Shown here piece by piece: positions 15,702 to 25,785 of a stretch of DNA of 41,725 bases. This stretch comes from a virus. Lineage: Duplodnaviria > Caudoviricetes. The position numbers were made by a program, and so were the translations under genes. The notes under the pieces are model-generated. The model was not told where the DNA came from, did not search any database, and was given only the letters and a program-made list of their open reading frames with translations. The DNA lies in IMG/VR virus record IMGVR_UViG_3300024186_000006, positions 1-41,725 of that record; one strand, 5' to 3'. Position 1 is the stretch's first letter, and every line of letters begins with the position of its first letter.

Positions 15702-15903
15702 TGGCGATGAAGTCGGCAAGGGCTTTGCGATGAATCAGGGACACTTCCACGATGGGAGTCTCCCTCCTTCAAACGGTATGAACCTTGACCCACGCTATCT
15801 TCTCGGGCATGAGAATCACTTCGACCCGAACGTATATACACCTGAACAGATGATTCAAAAGGGAGCATTGCGGGGACCGATCGACCCCATCAAAACGACG
15901 TAG
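15694..15903 (+). CDS. Hypothetical protein
   Basis: 69 aa, overlapping coupling. Confidence 0.55.
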   Translation: MPNGDEVGKGFAMNQGHFHDGSLPPSNGMNLDPRYLLGHENHFDPNVYTPEQMIQKGALRGPIDPIKTT

Positions 15904-15913
15904 AGGAGAGGGA

Positions 15914-16285
15914 ATGTTCTGGGATAAATGGTTCAAGAAAACTGAATACGTGATTGTTCCCTTAAACAGAGGGACCCTTGTCAAGTGGGACAAGGAAACG
16001 AAAGAATCCGTAGCAAGCCTAGCGTACCATCCGGGTTTCAAGGCTCTGGCCGACAGAGCTGAAGGTCATGCTGCTCTCCTCGAAGGGCGCTTGAGGACTC
16101 CGGGTATCAAGGATATCAGAGAAGTGGACTTCCTCACTTCGGGTATCTATTGGCTCAATTGGCTGCGTCTCGAAGTCAACAAGGCCACCCAGATTGGGTC
16201 ACTCCCTGTCAGGACTGCTGAACAAGAAGAACTGGCGGCGTGGAAAGCTCTCGACGCACAAATCGAGCGAGTAGGCGGAAAGTAG
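15914..16285 (+). CDS. Hypothetical protein (portal-scaffold interval)
   Basis: 123 aa, strong GAGGAG RBS. Confidence 0.65.
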   Translation: MFWDKWFKKTEYVIVPLNRGTLVKWDKETKESVASLAYHPGFKALADRAEGHAALLEGRLRTPGIKDIREVDFLTSGIYWLNWLRLEVNKATQIGSLPVRTAEQEELAAWKALDAQIERVGGK

Positions 16286-16641
16286 TGTCAACCTTTCCAG
16301 TTTCATATAGCGGATATACTTATCCGCCAGAAGCAAGACAAAGAATTCTAGAACTTTTTGGTATGAAATGTTGTCGTTGTGGATATGATTCAGATGTTCG
16401 TGCTTTACAACTTGACCACATTCATCGAGCGAGAGTTCCAAGAAACCATACCCATAGAAGTGGATATGGTTTATACCGAGAAATTTTAAAAGGTAATATT
16501 TCTAAAAACGATTTCCAACTTCTTTGTGCTAATTGTAATTGGATAAAGAAGTTAGATAACAAAGAACACTATCCTATTGTCACAAGCAATAAGACAGTAA
16601 AGAGTGTTCCTTCACAAGAGGAAACACAATGTCACAAGTAG
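16285..16641 (+). CDS. HNH homing endonuclease
   Basis: CCRCG...LQLDHI...FQLLCANCN; visibly AT-rich relative to the flanks; GTG overlaps the upstream TAG. Confidence 0.8.
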   Translation: MSTFPVSYSGYTYPPEARQRILELFGMKCCRCGYDSDVRALQLDHIHRARVPRNHTHRSGYGLYREILKGNISKNDFQLLCANCNWIKKLDNKEHYPIVTSNKTVKSVPSQEETQCHK

Positions 16642-17552
16642 ACCAGATTGCCCCAAACGGAATCGTTCAGTTAGGCGAAACTCCCGGCGGGATTGATGCG
16701 ACTTTTGATTCCATGTTCGCGACGGACTCAAACGCACCAGCGGCACAACCGCAACAGCAGCAAGTCGCGACACAGCAGCCTCCAGTCCAACAACAGGTAG
16801 CTCAACCACAGACTCCTGCACAACAGGAATTCTTTATTAAGGGCGACCAATCTGTATATAAGACTCACGAGGATGCCGTTCGGGGCCTGAACGAAAAGGA
16901 TGGCCTAGTTAAAACGCTGCGCGAGAGATACGCGCTAGTCACCGGAATTGACCCTATCACGGGCCGACCTGTTGAAAATGCGATACAGTCACAGCCTCCT
17001 GTGCTGGATTATACGCAGAACCCGAGCAAGTTTATGGAAGACCTGTATTCTGCCGCAAAGGGCGGACAGGCTGACAACTATGTCGCGGTTCAACAGAAGC
17101 TAGTGATGGATACCTTAAAGCCCGTTGCTCCCTTGATTCAGGACCTAGTCCGAACCAAGGCCATCAACGAGGTCTCTAAGGAAAATGCGGAAGCCTCGAA
17201 GTTCTTCGGGTCTGAGCAGTTCTCCCAGACCATGAATTCTCTTCCCGAGCTGAAGCAGGCCATCGGAGCTGCCGAGACTGATTCTCGGTACTACTCCCAG
17301 CTTCCGGGCCTTTATAAACTGGCGTATCTTGCAGGACAAGCAATGAACATTAAAAGTGTCTTGCAGCAACAGGCGTCACAAACTCCCCCTCCAGTTTTGC
17401 AACCTGTGAGGACTTCAGCTCAACCTAGCACTCCCGGCCTACCCTCTCCCCAAGCAGTAGCGAGACCCAATCTCGGTACTATCGAAGGAATCAGGGAAGT
17501 TATTCGGCAAGGGGAAGCGCGAGGTTTCAAGCAGGAAGACCTCTTGCGATAA
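16629..17552 (+). CDS. Putative capsid scaffolding protein
   Basis: Q/P-rich disordered ends, helical core, immediately upstream of the MCP. Confidence 0.7.
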   Translation: MSQVDQIAPNGIVQLGETPGGIDATFDSMFATDSNAPAAQPQQQQVATQQPPVQQQVAQPQTPAQQEFFIKGDQSVYKTHEDAVRGLNEKDGLVKTLRERYALVTGIDPITGRPVENAIQSQPPVLDYTQNPSKFMEDLYSAAKGGQADNYVAVQQKLVMDTLKPVAPLIQDLVRTKAINEVSKENAEASKFFGSEQFSQTMNSLPELKQAIGAAETDSRYYSQLPGLYKLAYLAGQAMNIKSVLQQQASQTPPPVLQPVRTSAQPSTPGLPSPQAVARPNLGTIEGIREVIRQGEARGFKQEDLLR

Positions 17553-17574
17553 ACGGTGGGTCTAAGGAAAAGCA

Positions 17575-18603
17575 ATGAAGACTTTCTTGAATAACTTGGT
17601 TTCTCTCGTCGGTCTGGTCTTTGGTATCGGAGACGATATCGTTTCCGTGATTACTGGTAGCGTTGGTACTCCGGGAGCTGCGGGCTCCTTGGCCAGCGAC
17701 CAGCAGACCTATTTTTCGGCTAAACTGCTCGAAGTCGCGGTTCTGATGACCGTGCTCGACCAGTTTGGTGACAAGGACCCGATTCCTTCTAACTCCAGCA
17801 AGACGATTCAGTTCAACCGTTTGGAAAAGCTTTCAACCAGCTTGTCCCCGACTCAGTTGACTGAAGGCGTAATGCCGGACGCGATTGGTCTGACTATGTC
17901 TCAGTTCACTGCGGTGGCGGAACAGTACGGCCTTGTGCTGCGCTTGTCTGACCTCGCGGAGCTGACTTCGAAGCATGACGTGGTTGGTCGGGCTCTGTAC
18001 GTACTCGGTCTGCAAGCGGCTGAAACGTATGACATTTTGATTTTCAACGTGCTTGCAAGTGCTAGCAACGTCTACCGTCCAAACGGCCGGACCTCGAATG
18101 CGACCACGACTGCCTCGGATAAGATTGGTTATGTGGACCTCACGGCTCTGCATGCTAACTTGATGGACCAAGGCGGACGCCCGTTCGACGATGGGGATTA
18201 TGTTCTCGTCGTTGCACCGCAGGTGAATGCTAGCTTGCTGCAAGACCCTGACTTCAAGGCTTCCAACCAGTTTGGTAAGCCGGAGCGCATCTGGCGCGGC
18301 GAAGTCAATGAACTGACCGGATTCCGCGTTATTAAGACCAACGCTCCGGGCTTTGCGGCTACCACTCAGGCCACTGCTGGCGCAGCTAACAAGCTGTTTA
18401 CGTCCTTCGCGATTGCGCGAAATGCGTATCAGATTAGCGACCTCCAGAACCTCCGTGTGTATGCTGCGGCTCCCGGCGGTCAGACGGACACCCTGCAACA
18501 GTCCCGTAAGATGGGCTACAAGTTCGCGTTCAAGTCGATTATCACGAACCAGAACTGGATTTGGGCCGTCATCTCTGCTGGACAGTCCTCGGTGAACAAC
18601 TAA
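17575..18603 (+). CDS. Major capsid protein (N4-gp56-like)
   Basis: 'L.QFG....IP.N..KTI.F.R', 'LTEGV.P', 'QYG....LSD', 'GEV....GFR.I.T'; followed by a terminator. Confidence 0.88.
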   Translation: MKTFLNNLVSLVGLVFGIGDDIVSVITGSVGTPGAAGSLASDQQTYFSAKLLEVAVLMTVLDQFGDKDPIPSNSSKTIQFNRLEKLSTSLSPTQLTEGVMPDAIGLTMSQFTAVAEQYGLVLRLSDLAELTSKHDVVGRALYVLGLQAAETYDILIFNVLASASNVYRPNGRTSNATTTASDKIGYVDLTALHANLMDQGGRPFDDGDYVLVVAPQVNASLLQDPDFKASNQFGKPERIWRGEVNELTGFRVIKTNAPGFAATTQATAGAANKLFTSFAIARNAYQISDLQNLRVYAAAPGGQTDTLQQSRKMGYKFAFKSIITNQNWIWAVISAGQSSVNN

Positions 18604-18620
18604 TTAACCCTTAGCTGAAT

Positions 18621-18648
18621 AGGGGAGGTCACTACCACCTCCCCCTTT
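18621..18648 (+). terminator. Rho-independent terminator after the MCP
   Basis: GGGGAGGT-loop-ACCTCCCC followed by CTTT. Confidence 0.65.
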
Positions 18649-18681
18649 CACATATCATCCCACAAGGATAAAGGTACTAAA

Positions 18682-19125
18682 ATGGCTGACAACAGCACCG
18701 CAGTAAATAAAGTTCAGACAGTTGCAGAGAAGTTGCAGACTAAAACGCAGAAGGGTGCAGAAGCCCTTGCCGCACGGTTAGCTCTCAATAACGACGAGAG
18801 TCAGTGGGAAGTAGTTGTGGTTCCCGCTACCGATTTGTTCGGTGAACCTCATAGCGGCGTATCGATTAACTTCGAAAGATTTGACCCCGACAAAGATGAA
18901 CAGGGACGACACACGGGGAAAGAGGGACGGTATAAGGTAGACCCGGAGAAAGCGACCGAAATTCGGCGTTTGCTCCAGCAGCATCTACAAGCTCAGATGC
19001 GTATTCTCCAGCCCGGGCAGGACAAGAAGATGGGTGAGATTATGCGTCGGGGTGGTAAGCATGCCGCGAGTAACGCGGGTGCAGCCGAAGCAGACTCACT
19101 TGGCGCTAACTTCTCAGGGTTCTAA
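18682..19125 (+). CDS. Hypothetical protein
   Basis: 147 aa, AAGGT RBS. Confidence 0.65.
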   Translation: MADNSTAVNKVQTVAEKLQTKTQKGAEALAARLALNNDESQWEVVVVPATDLFGEPHSGVSINFERFDPDKDEQGRHTGKEGRYKVDPEKATEIRRLLQQHLQAQMRILQPGQDKKMGEIMRRGGKHAASNAGAAEADSLGANFSGF

Positions 19126-19127
19126 AG

Positions 19128-19610
19128 ATGCCAGCTAGCTTCGATGTCGCAGTGAAAACAGTGCTTGTGAATGAAGGGGGTTATGTCAATAACCCAGCAG
19201 ACCCCGGTGGTGAGACAAAGTATGGTATCAGCAAGCGGGCACACCCCGATGTCGATATCAAGAATCTCACACCACAAGGAGCTGCCGAAATCCTCAGGCA
19301 TGAGTATTGGCAGTATCAAGACTGCAATTCACAGAACGTCGCGACAAAGATGCTAGATATGAGTGTCAACCTCGGACCCGGTACAGCAACGATATTGTGT
19401 CAAAAGGCTCTCAATGACATTGGTCAGGCCGTAAAGGTCGATGGTCGATGGGGGCCTAAAACACAAGCCACCTTGAATGGGTCTCTCGAATCAGAGATAC
19501 TTCCAGAGATTCGAGTGCATCAATCTTCTTATTACGTGGAACTAGTAGCCAAGAGACCGGACCTCTATCCATTCTTAACTACTTGGCTTAGGCGGGTACA
19601 AAGTTGTTAG
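19128..19610 (+). CDS. Endolysin, glycoside hydrolase family 108
   Basis: EGGYVNNPADPGGETKYGIS, 'DG.WGPKT', terminal 'WLRRV'. Confidence 0.92.
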   Translation: MPASFDVAVKTVLVNEGGYVNNPADPGGETKYGISKRAHPDVDIKNLTPQGAAEILRHEYWQYQDCNSQNVATKMLDMSVNLGPGTATILCQKALNDIGQAVKVDGRWGPKTQATLNGSLESEILPEIRVHQSSYYVELVAKRPDLYPFLTTWLRRVQSC

Positions 19611-20311
19611 CTCTTATTCTATCGTGGCTGATGAAGCCCAAAGTTCTCGCGAGTGTCCTTTTAATCGCTGCTCTCTCAGGAGCCTTCTTCTGGTACGGAG
19701 CTAAACGAGAAGCAGACGGGTTTTCAGCAGGCAAGAGAAGTCAGCTAGATGAAGACAAGGTCTTACTAGCACAACAGGCGAAGTCGTTTCAAGACACCCT
19801 GAATCAGCAACAGGCGATTATCACAAAAGAAGATGCGCTGCTTAACAGCCTTAACGACAGCCTCAAAGTCACGCAAGCTCAGTTGGTTGCTCTTTCTTCG
19901 CAACGTCAGTCGCAACAGCAAAGTGTGGCAGCCCTCCCTGATGCTAAAGTACAAGCGGACCTTGAAGCAAAACTCGGCGGCCTACTTAGCCAAACAGAGA
20001 CTCTCCGCAAGGCTGATTCGATTGTCACAGATTATCCGCTAGTCGTCAAGCAATCGGAGACGCTCACCGCTCAAGTCAAGGACGAACATCAGAAAGTAGA
20101 CGTTCTCCAGACCGAGCTTACGGCAGTCACAAAGCAACGTGACGCGGCCATCACGTTCAGCAATGAGGTAATGAAGAACTACGTCGATGCTTACAACGCC
20201 GCTCAAAAGCATCACAGCCTTTTCGTAAAGATTATAACGCTGGGGTTGGTTCACGATAAGCACCTCAAGCTCCCGAATCCGGTCGAAATCCATGTTCCAA
20301 CGATTAGTTAA
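19604..20311 (+). CDS. Putative inner-membrane spanin (Rz-like)
   Basis: N-terminal TM followed by a long coiled coil; follows the endolysin. Confidence 0.55.
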   Translation: MLALILSWLMKPKVLASVLLIAALSGAFFWYGAKREADGFSAGKRSQLDEDKVLLAQQAKSFQDTLNQQQAIITKEDALLNSLNDSLKVTQAQLVALSSQRQSQQQSVAALPDAKVQADLEAKLGGLLSQTETLRKADSIVTDYPLVVKQSETLTAQVKDEHQKVDVLQTELTAVTKQRDAAITFSNEVMKNYVDAYNAAQKHHSLFVKIITLGLVHDKHLKLPNPVEIHVPTIS

Positions 20312-20489
20312 TTGGTGTCAGGGACGACATACTCTCTTTGCAGTTTTCTTTGCTGCCTTTGGGTCTATCCTTCAGTGGTTCCATCGCCTTGACGGTAACT
20401 ACATAGCGCTCATTACAGCAGTTCAAGGATTTGTTTTTGCCCACTCGTGGAAAGAAGATTTCTTCGACCAAAAGCCACAAGGACAATAA
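20292..20489 (+). CDS. Putative holin
   Basis: 65 aa, two hydrophobic segments, charged C-tail, inside the lysis cassette. Confidence 0.55.
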   Translation: MFQRLVNWCQGRHTLFAVFFAAFGSILQWFHRLDGNYIALITAVQGFVFAHSWKEDFFDQKPQGQ

Positions 20490-20520
20490 AAAGTGCCTTA
20501 CACGAACTTTCCGAGCGTAA

Positions 20521-21669
20521 ATGATATCCTACGGCGTGAGCCAAGATATCCGTCAACAGCTCCTCAATGACTCGACGACCCCGGGTCAAGCCATCCTCAT
20601 CGACTATACGAACCGCACCCATAAACAGATGCTTCGTTTTAGCCGTTGGGGATTTTTGCTTTCAGAACCTCAGTACTTCGTCACTGAGTACGGTCAATCC
20701 AACTACTGGCTTGGAGCGAGTGGTCAGGCTCCTGCCGGGTTCGTTGATACAGGGCTCAACCTGATTGACGTTGATAAGATTAAGAAGGACTCTGTCATTG
20801 ATATCTCGAACCTGCGAGCCCTTAAGTGGATGTCTCAGCAGGTGTATGGACCCACTCTGGTGGACCGGACTGGGGCAGGTCGTCCCGGACTCCCGGCTAT
20901 CTATGTTCAGAATCCGAATGACCCCTTTCAGCTTTTGATGTTCCCCCCGCCTAAGAACGATAACGTGACCCAGCCTGTTCCTCAGGTCCCTATCTGTCAG
21001 ACTCTCGCGGGCGGTGCTCTCGCTAATCGAACCTACTTCGTGAAGGTCACTTACGTTGACCAGCTCGGTGGAGAGTCTACCGCTCCTGCTGCTAGCGCTC
21101 AACAGTTCATCACCGCGAACAACCTCTGTGTGGTCAAGAGCCCTAAGCTCCCGTTTGGCGTGACTGTGTCGGGTGTCCAATACAACCGCTACAACGTCTA
21201 TATCGTTCAGGCGACCTCAGTGGACTCTAGCGGCAACTACGTCGATAACCAGAACGAACTCAAGCAGAACGCTTCCCCAATCACCATTGGGACCGACTTC
21301 GTTGAACCCACTACTGGTCTAGTGACGAACCTCGGGACGTTCCCGACTACGAATACCCTCCAGAACCTCGGTGGGTTCCTCATTAAGTTTCAGTACTACA
21401 AGAACCGCGCGACTCTCACGAGCCCGGCGCAACTCCTCCAAGTCCCGGAAGACTACAAAGATGTGGTCATTCACGGGGTCAACTTCCTTGCATGGAAGCT
21501 CTTGGGCAAAGAAGACGAAGCAAAAATCTCTCAGGAACTATATCAGTCTGGTCTACGAGAAATGATTTGGGATAAGAACCTGTTCCCTGAAGGCGTAGAG
21601 TTCATGCGCCCGGATGGAGCAACCTACATCAACCAGCAGATTCTCGGCTTCCTGCCGCAAGGGTTCTAA
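20521..21669 (+). CDS. Putative head-tail adaptor (tubular A/gp4-like) with inserted beta domain
   Basis: Helical N- and C-termini ('W.FL', 'VPEDY.DV...G') flank a beta-rich insert; located before the nozzle gene. Start uncertain (see findings). Confidence 0.6.
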   Translation: MISYGVSQDIRQQLLNDSTTPGQAILIDYTNRTHKQMLRFSRWGFLLSEPQYFVTEYGQSNYWLGASGQAPAGFVDTGLNLIDVDKIKKDSVIDISNLRALKWMSQQVYGPTLVDRTGAGRPGLPAIYVQNPNDPFQLLMFPPPKNDNVTQPVPQVPICQTLAGGALANRTYFVKVTYVDQLGGESTAPAASAQQFITANNLCVVKSPKLPFGVTVSGVQYNRYNVYIVQATSVDSSGNYVDNQNELKQNASPITIGTDFVEPTTGLVTNLGTFPTTNTLQNLGGFLIKFQYYKNRATLTSPAQLLQVPEDYKDVVIHGVNFLAWKLLGKEDEAKISQELYQSGLREMIWDKNLFPEGVEFMRPDGATYINQQILGFLPQGF

Positions 21670-21670
21670 T

Positions 21671-24436
21671 ATGGGTGAAGCCACACTCACACCTTGGCAT
21701 CTTGAGAACGCCGCGAACTATCGCTATACGCGCTCTCGTTGGGACACCGCAGGTATCGAAAGCTTCGTTCAGCCTCCCGCTCAGAACGCGGATATGTTCA
21801 ACAAGCTCACGAACATCCTGCCGCCTCTCAATGGAGTGCTACAGCGTCGGTTCGGATATCGCAGCTTCCTTCCCAAGATAGATGCAGGGACTTCCTTCAA
21901 CTCTGATGAAGTTGTCGGCGGTAACAACAACGTTGGCTTTGCCGCTCGTCGCCTCTTTGACTATGAGTCAGATAGTGCGGGAGAGCGGACTATTATTGGG
22001 AGTGCGTCGAATCAAACTGGCATTCTCGGCCCGAACAATAACTGCGGATACTTTGATGCAGTTGGTAATTTCGTATCGCTTCTGACTCCCTCGAATGGGG
22101 CAGATGACCCAACAGTCGTTACGTCTCGTGACTACGGGTATATCCTTGATGGTGTGGTCGCGGACGCCAAGAAGTGGTCTATAGGTTCAGTTGTAACAAA
22201 GTTTGGTATCGCTGCTCCGACAACTCCAATCACTATCGGTCAAGCGAGTGGAGGCGGGGCCACCACATACGCTCTATCTGCGGTAGCTAATGCTTCAGCG
22301 GGTAACACGGTCTATACGGGAACCGCTCTCTCGACTCTAGTGACAGGGACTTCAGTCTCTATTGCAGGGTTTGTCAACTCAGCAAATAATGGAACGTTCT
22401 CTGTTGTTAGCTCAACGTCAACGACCGTCACGGTCAATAATCCTTCAGGTGTCGCGGAAACGAATCCGGGAACCCTGACCACCACTAACAAAATTTTCCC
22501 AACTACTCTTTTGAATGGTTGGGGACCAAACGCCCACGTTGGTTCATATGAAGGTGGGACGAACCAAGGCTTCCAGTTTGGTCTTGACTCTAGCACCACG
22601 AACGCTTACTCGAACCCGAGCAATGCTTTCGACGGTAATGAGAATACTTACGCTTCAGCGAGTGGACAGCATACCCATGTTTACTATGGGTGCGTGTGGT
22701 CCTTTGCAGCTATCTCTGGAACACTAACGAACATCAAACTCAACGTCTTGAGCGAGGTTCCAGTAAACGGAACTGATGGTCAACTCGTCAATGCCCGTAC
22801 CGCTGGTATCTGGTATTCTCTGGATGGCGGGAATAACTGGCAGCAAGTATATGATACGGTTCCCCGGAACAAATCGTGGGACCAAATCTCACTTCCGGCG
22901 GGACAGGATGTCTCGAAGGTGCAAGTCATGGCGTTCTTGGATGCCCATGACGATATGTATCAGAAGGTCTACGAGATTAACATCCAAGCTCAGAACGTTG
23001 GTAACGGTCCTATCACCCTGACCAATGGTCGAGTCTACTATCAAGTTTTCAATAACACGGTGACTGGTCACTACAGTGACCTTAGCCCGGTGAGTACAAG
23101 CACTCTGGCCGTAGCGGGAGCGTTCATCCCTCTCAGCAACCTTGCTGTGTCGAGTGATCCGCAAGTAACGAACGTCACCATCCTAGCGACAGCGGATGGC
23201 GGAGACCCAACGATTCTCTACTTCGTAGGGACAGTGGCGAATGGAGTGACGGTCTTCCAAGACGGTGTGTCTGAAGAGACTCTCATTCTCAGCGATGTGT
23301 TTCAGTATACGGATACGAGCGGGAACAACTTCGGGGTGGTCGGCAATCAGCCGCCACCGCAAGGGTCCCTCCTCATCAAGCACCGTGGTCGTCTCTTTAC
23401 AGCGGTTGGCCAGATTGTCTACTTCTCGAAAGCTTTCTCTGAACTCATTACGAGTACTACGACTCTTGTTGGTCGATATGAAGAGAGTTGGCCACCTGAG
23501 AACGGCATTGACATTTCTGAGGAATCAGAGCGCATCATCGCCCTCTACTCAGATGGTAGCTCTCTCTATATTGGTACGACTCGTCACATTCGTCGCGTAA
23601 CTGGAGACGGACCTTCAACCTTTAGTGAGCCCGAAATCTTGTTTGCGGAAACGGGCGTTGGTAGCTTGAAGTCTTGGCAGACTGTGTTCCTTGAGGGAAC
23701 TCCGGTTGGCGCAATGTGGCTCACTCCCGACTTCCGTGTAATCGGAAGCGACTTCAATACATATCAAGATGTTGGAACTCATATCCAAGATACTCTTAAT
23801 AACATCAATCCCAATGCTGTTAGCAACGTGTGGGGAACCTTTGTAGCAGATGGTCCCTATAACTTCTACATGCTGGGGATTCCAACAGGAACAAATACCA
23901 ATGTCGATACAATCTGCCTCTACGATATGCATCTCAGGAAGTGGTATATCTGGCGTCTCACAGATAACCCTCTAAGCATAATCTTCTACTATAATCTTAC
24001 AGGTATACCTAAGTGGCTGTTCTGTGATAGCACTGGGAATTACTGGTTGGTGGACCCAAACACGGTGGTGGATAGACAGGGCGGCATTCAGCAGAACGTC
24101 ACCTCAACGATTCAAACCACGTGGCTAGACCTTGGGGACCACAACGCAACCAAGTTCCTCAACGAACTCGAATTAGTAACGAGTGACCCAAACATTCTTG
24201 TCTCTGTTGAGGGGGCTCTCGATAACTCCACGTTCACTACTCCTGATGTAGTTGTCTCGAATGTTAAACCCATCAAGAACTTTCTTGGTCGCTTGAAGGT
24301 CTTTCTTGCTCCATACGCAACGAGACATCGGTGGTATCGTTTCTCCTTTGTCTCAACTAATACCCCTCAAGAATCGATTGGGGCTTCCATCCTCTCGTTC
24401 TTGGATATTGAAACCAAGCCTGTCCATCGAATCTAA
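21671..24436 (+). CDS. Putative tail nozzle/tubular B-like protein with inserted domains
   Basis: 'N..P..NG.L.RR.G' start, propeller-like repeats ('HRGRLF', 'VYFS', 'LYIGT'), C-terminal 'T.WLDLGD....KF'; includes a carbohydrate-binding-like insert ('NAFDGN..T'). Confidence 0.7.
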   Translation: MGEATLTPWHLENAANYRYTRSRWDTAGIESFVQPPAQNADMFNKLTNILPPLNGVLQRRFGYRSFLPKIDAGTSFNSDEVVGGNNNVGFAARRLFDYESDSAGERTIIGSASNQTGILGPNNNCGYFDAVGNFVSLLTPSNGADDPTVVTSRDYGYILDGVVADAKKWSIGSVVTKFGIAAPTTPITIGQASGGGATTYALSAVANASAGNTVYTGTALSTLVTGTSVSIAGFVNSANNGTFSVVSSTSTTVTVNNPSGVAETNPGTLTTTNKIFPTTLLNGWGPNAHVGSYEGGTNQGFQFGLDSSTTNAYSNPSNAFDGNENTYASASGQHTHVYYGCVWSFAAISGTLTNIKLNVLSEVPVNGTDGQLVNARTAGIWYSLDGGNNWQQVYDTVPRNKSWDQISLPAGQDVSKVQVMAFLDAHDDMYQKVYEINIQAQNVGNGPITLTNGRVYYQVFNNTVTGHYSDLSPVSTSTLAVAGAFIPLSNLAVSSDPQVTNVTILATADGGDPTILYFVGTVANGVTVFQDGVSEETLILSDVFQYTDTSGNNFGVVGNQPPPQGSLLIKHRGRLFTAVGQIVYFSKAFSELITSTTTLVGRYEESWPPENGIDISEESERIIALYSDGSSLYIGTTRHIRRVTGDGPSTFSEPEILFAETGVGSLKSWQTVFLEGTPVGAMWLTPDFRVIGSDFNTYQDVGTHIQDTLNNINPNAVSNVWGTFVADGPYNFYMLGIPTGTNTNVDTICLYDMHLRKWYIWRLTDNPLSIIFYYNLTGIPKWLFCDSTGNYWLVDPNTVVDRQGGIQQNVTSTIQTTWLDLGDHNATKFLNELELVTSDPNILVSVEGALDNSTFTTPDVVVSNVKPIKNFLGRLKVFLAPYATRHRWYRFSFVSTNTPQESIGASILSFLDIETKPVHRI

Positions 24437-25785
24437 TGCCTAGACCACTAAAGCTAACCAATCCGGTCAACGACGTAGCAGTCCTGAACAAGTGGGCCGA
24501 AGAAGTCAATACAGAACTTCTTCAGGCTAAGAACGTCCAGAAGTTCGTTGCTACTAAAGCCGCGAACGCTAGCGTCACGAATATAACGAACAATATCACT
24601 GGAGCGAATGATGGGCTTCTCCATAGTGATGCTCCTTGGCCCGCTGACGCCGCCTACACAATCTATCGTGATGACTTCATGTACAGTCAAACCGCGACAG
24701 CGACTCTTGGTGAAAGTCGTTGGCAATTGGGAACGAATGGCGGTGTTTTTAAAACGACTATTGGGGCCTTTAATAACCCCGGCGTATTGCAAATGTTTGC
24801 AAACACCACAACTTCAAGTACAACAACTAGTAGTCAGGGATGTAATATCTTCCCGCTATTCGGAGTACCAAACCTCTTTTGGGATGCGACGTGGCCTTTA
24901 TTTGATTATCCCGGCTGGCGAATGAGCTGGGTATTTGGGCTTGGACGAGGATACAATCCGAAGTACGGTGGCTCGAACTCCGGCATGGTCGCTTTCACCT
25001 TAACGAAGCAAAGCATGTATGTCGGTATGGCCAACGATAGCAACGCGAGTGCGTTCATTGGAGCCGGACGACCTCCAATCTTCTTTGGGTGCCGATTCGA
25101 TACAGATACGACAGCTCCATCTATCGGAGACACTACCTTTTGGCTAGAAGCAGTAATGAATCCTCCACAAAGCACCTCTACCCGAAACAATATACAGGGT
25201 ACTAATGGGGGAGCTTTCAATACAGGTATCGTCCCAGTTGAAGGTAAGTTCTATCGTCTCGATATGGTCTATGCTTCTTCTGGACAATTGAAGATGACCT
25301 TGAGTGGGAATGGGGCAACTGCTACCACAACGTTTACGATAACCCCGATGTCCATGCTTTATAAGTCAGCAGGCCTTGCTCCGATTAATAGCAATGGTAT
25401 CACAAACGTAAATACCACACCAAATACTTTTAGTACAACGAACGGGTATCTTCCTCAAGCTCCGGGTTCTATTGTAACCATGAGTGGATGGGCTTCTACC
25501 AATAGTCCCTTAAACGGGACGTTCACAATTCTTCAATCAGATATAAACGCCACACCATTTATCTTTACTCCGGGTGGATTCACAACTCCAGTGGTTGGCG
25601 GAACCGATACAATGGTTGGATATCCATCTATCCTTCCAATGGCGTCAATGACCAATGATACACAAGCGTCTCAACCTTCCGCGAACTCTAGAGCGCTTAA
25701 CTTAGACCTTTTTGAATTCGTTTCGAACGGTGGCCTCAGAGGAGCCACATCGACGAACCCTCTGAATTCAAGGTACTTCCTATAA
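24436..25785 (+). CDS. Putative tail fibre/receptor-binding protein
   Basis: Short helical N-terminus, then a T/G/N-rich lectin-like beta domain; tail module position. Confidence 0.55.
   Translation: MPRPLKLTNPVNDVAVLNKWAEEVNTELLQAKNVQKFVATKAANASVTNITNNITGANDGLLHSDAPWPADAAYTIYRDDFMYSQTATATLGESRWQLGTNGGVFKTTIGAFNNPGVLQMFANTTTSSTTTSSQGCNIFPLFGVPNLFWDATWPLFDYPGWRMSWVFGLGRGYNPKYGGSNSGMVAFTLTKQSMYVGMANDSNASAFIGAGRPPIFFGCRFDTDTTAPSIGDTTFWLEAVMNPPQSTSTRNNIQGTNGGAFNTGIVPVEGKFYRLDMVYASSGQLKMTLSGNGATATTTFTITPMSMLYKSAGLAPINSNGITNVNTTPNTFSTTNGYLPQAPGSIVTMSGWASTNSPLNGTFTILQSDINATPFIFTPGGFTTPVVGGTDTMVGYPSILPMASMTNDTQASQPSANSRALNLDLFEFVSNGGLRGATSTNPLNSRYFL

Noticed and set aside
17833-18498. Long antisense ORFs (e.g. 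221 aa opposite the MCP, and others opposite structural genes)
   Set aside because: They are shadows of codon-biased real genes, with no RBS or recognisable motifs.
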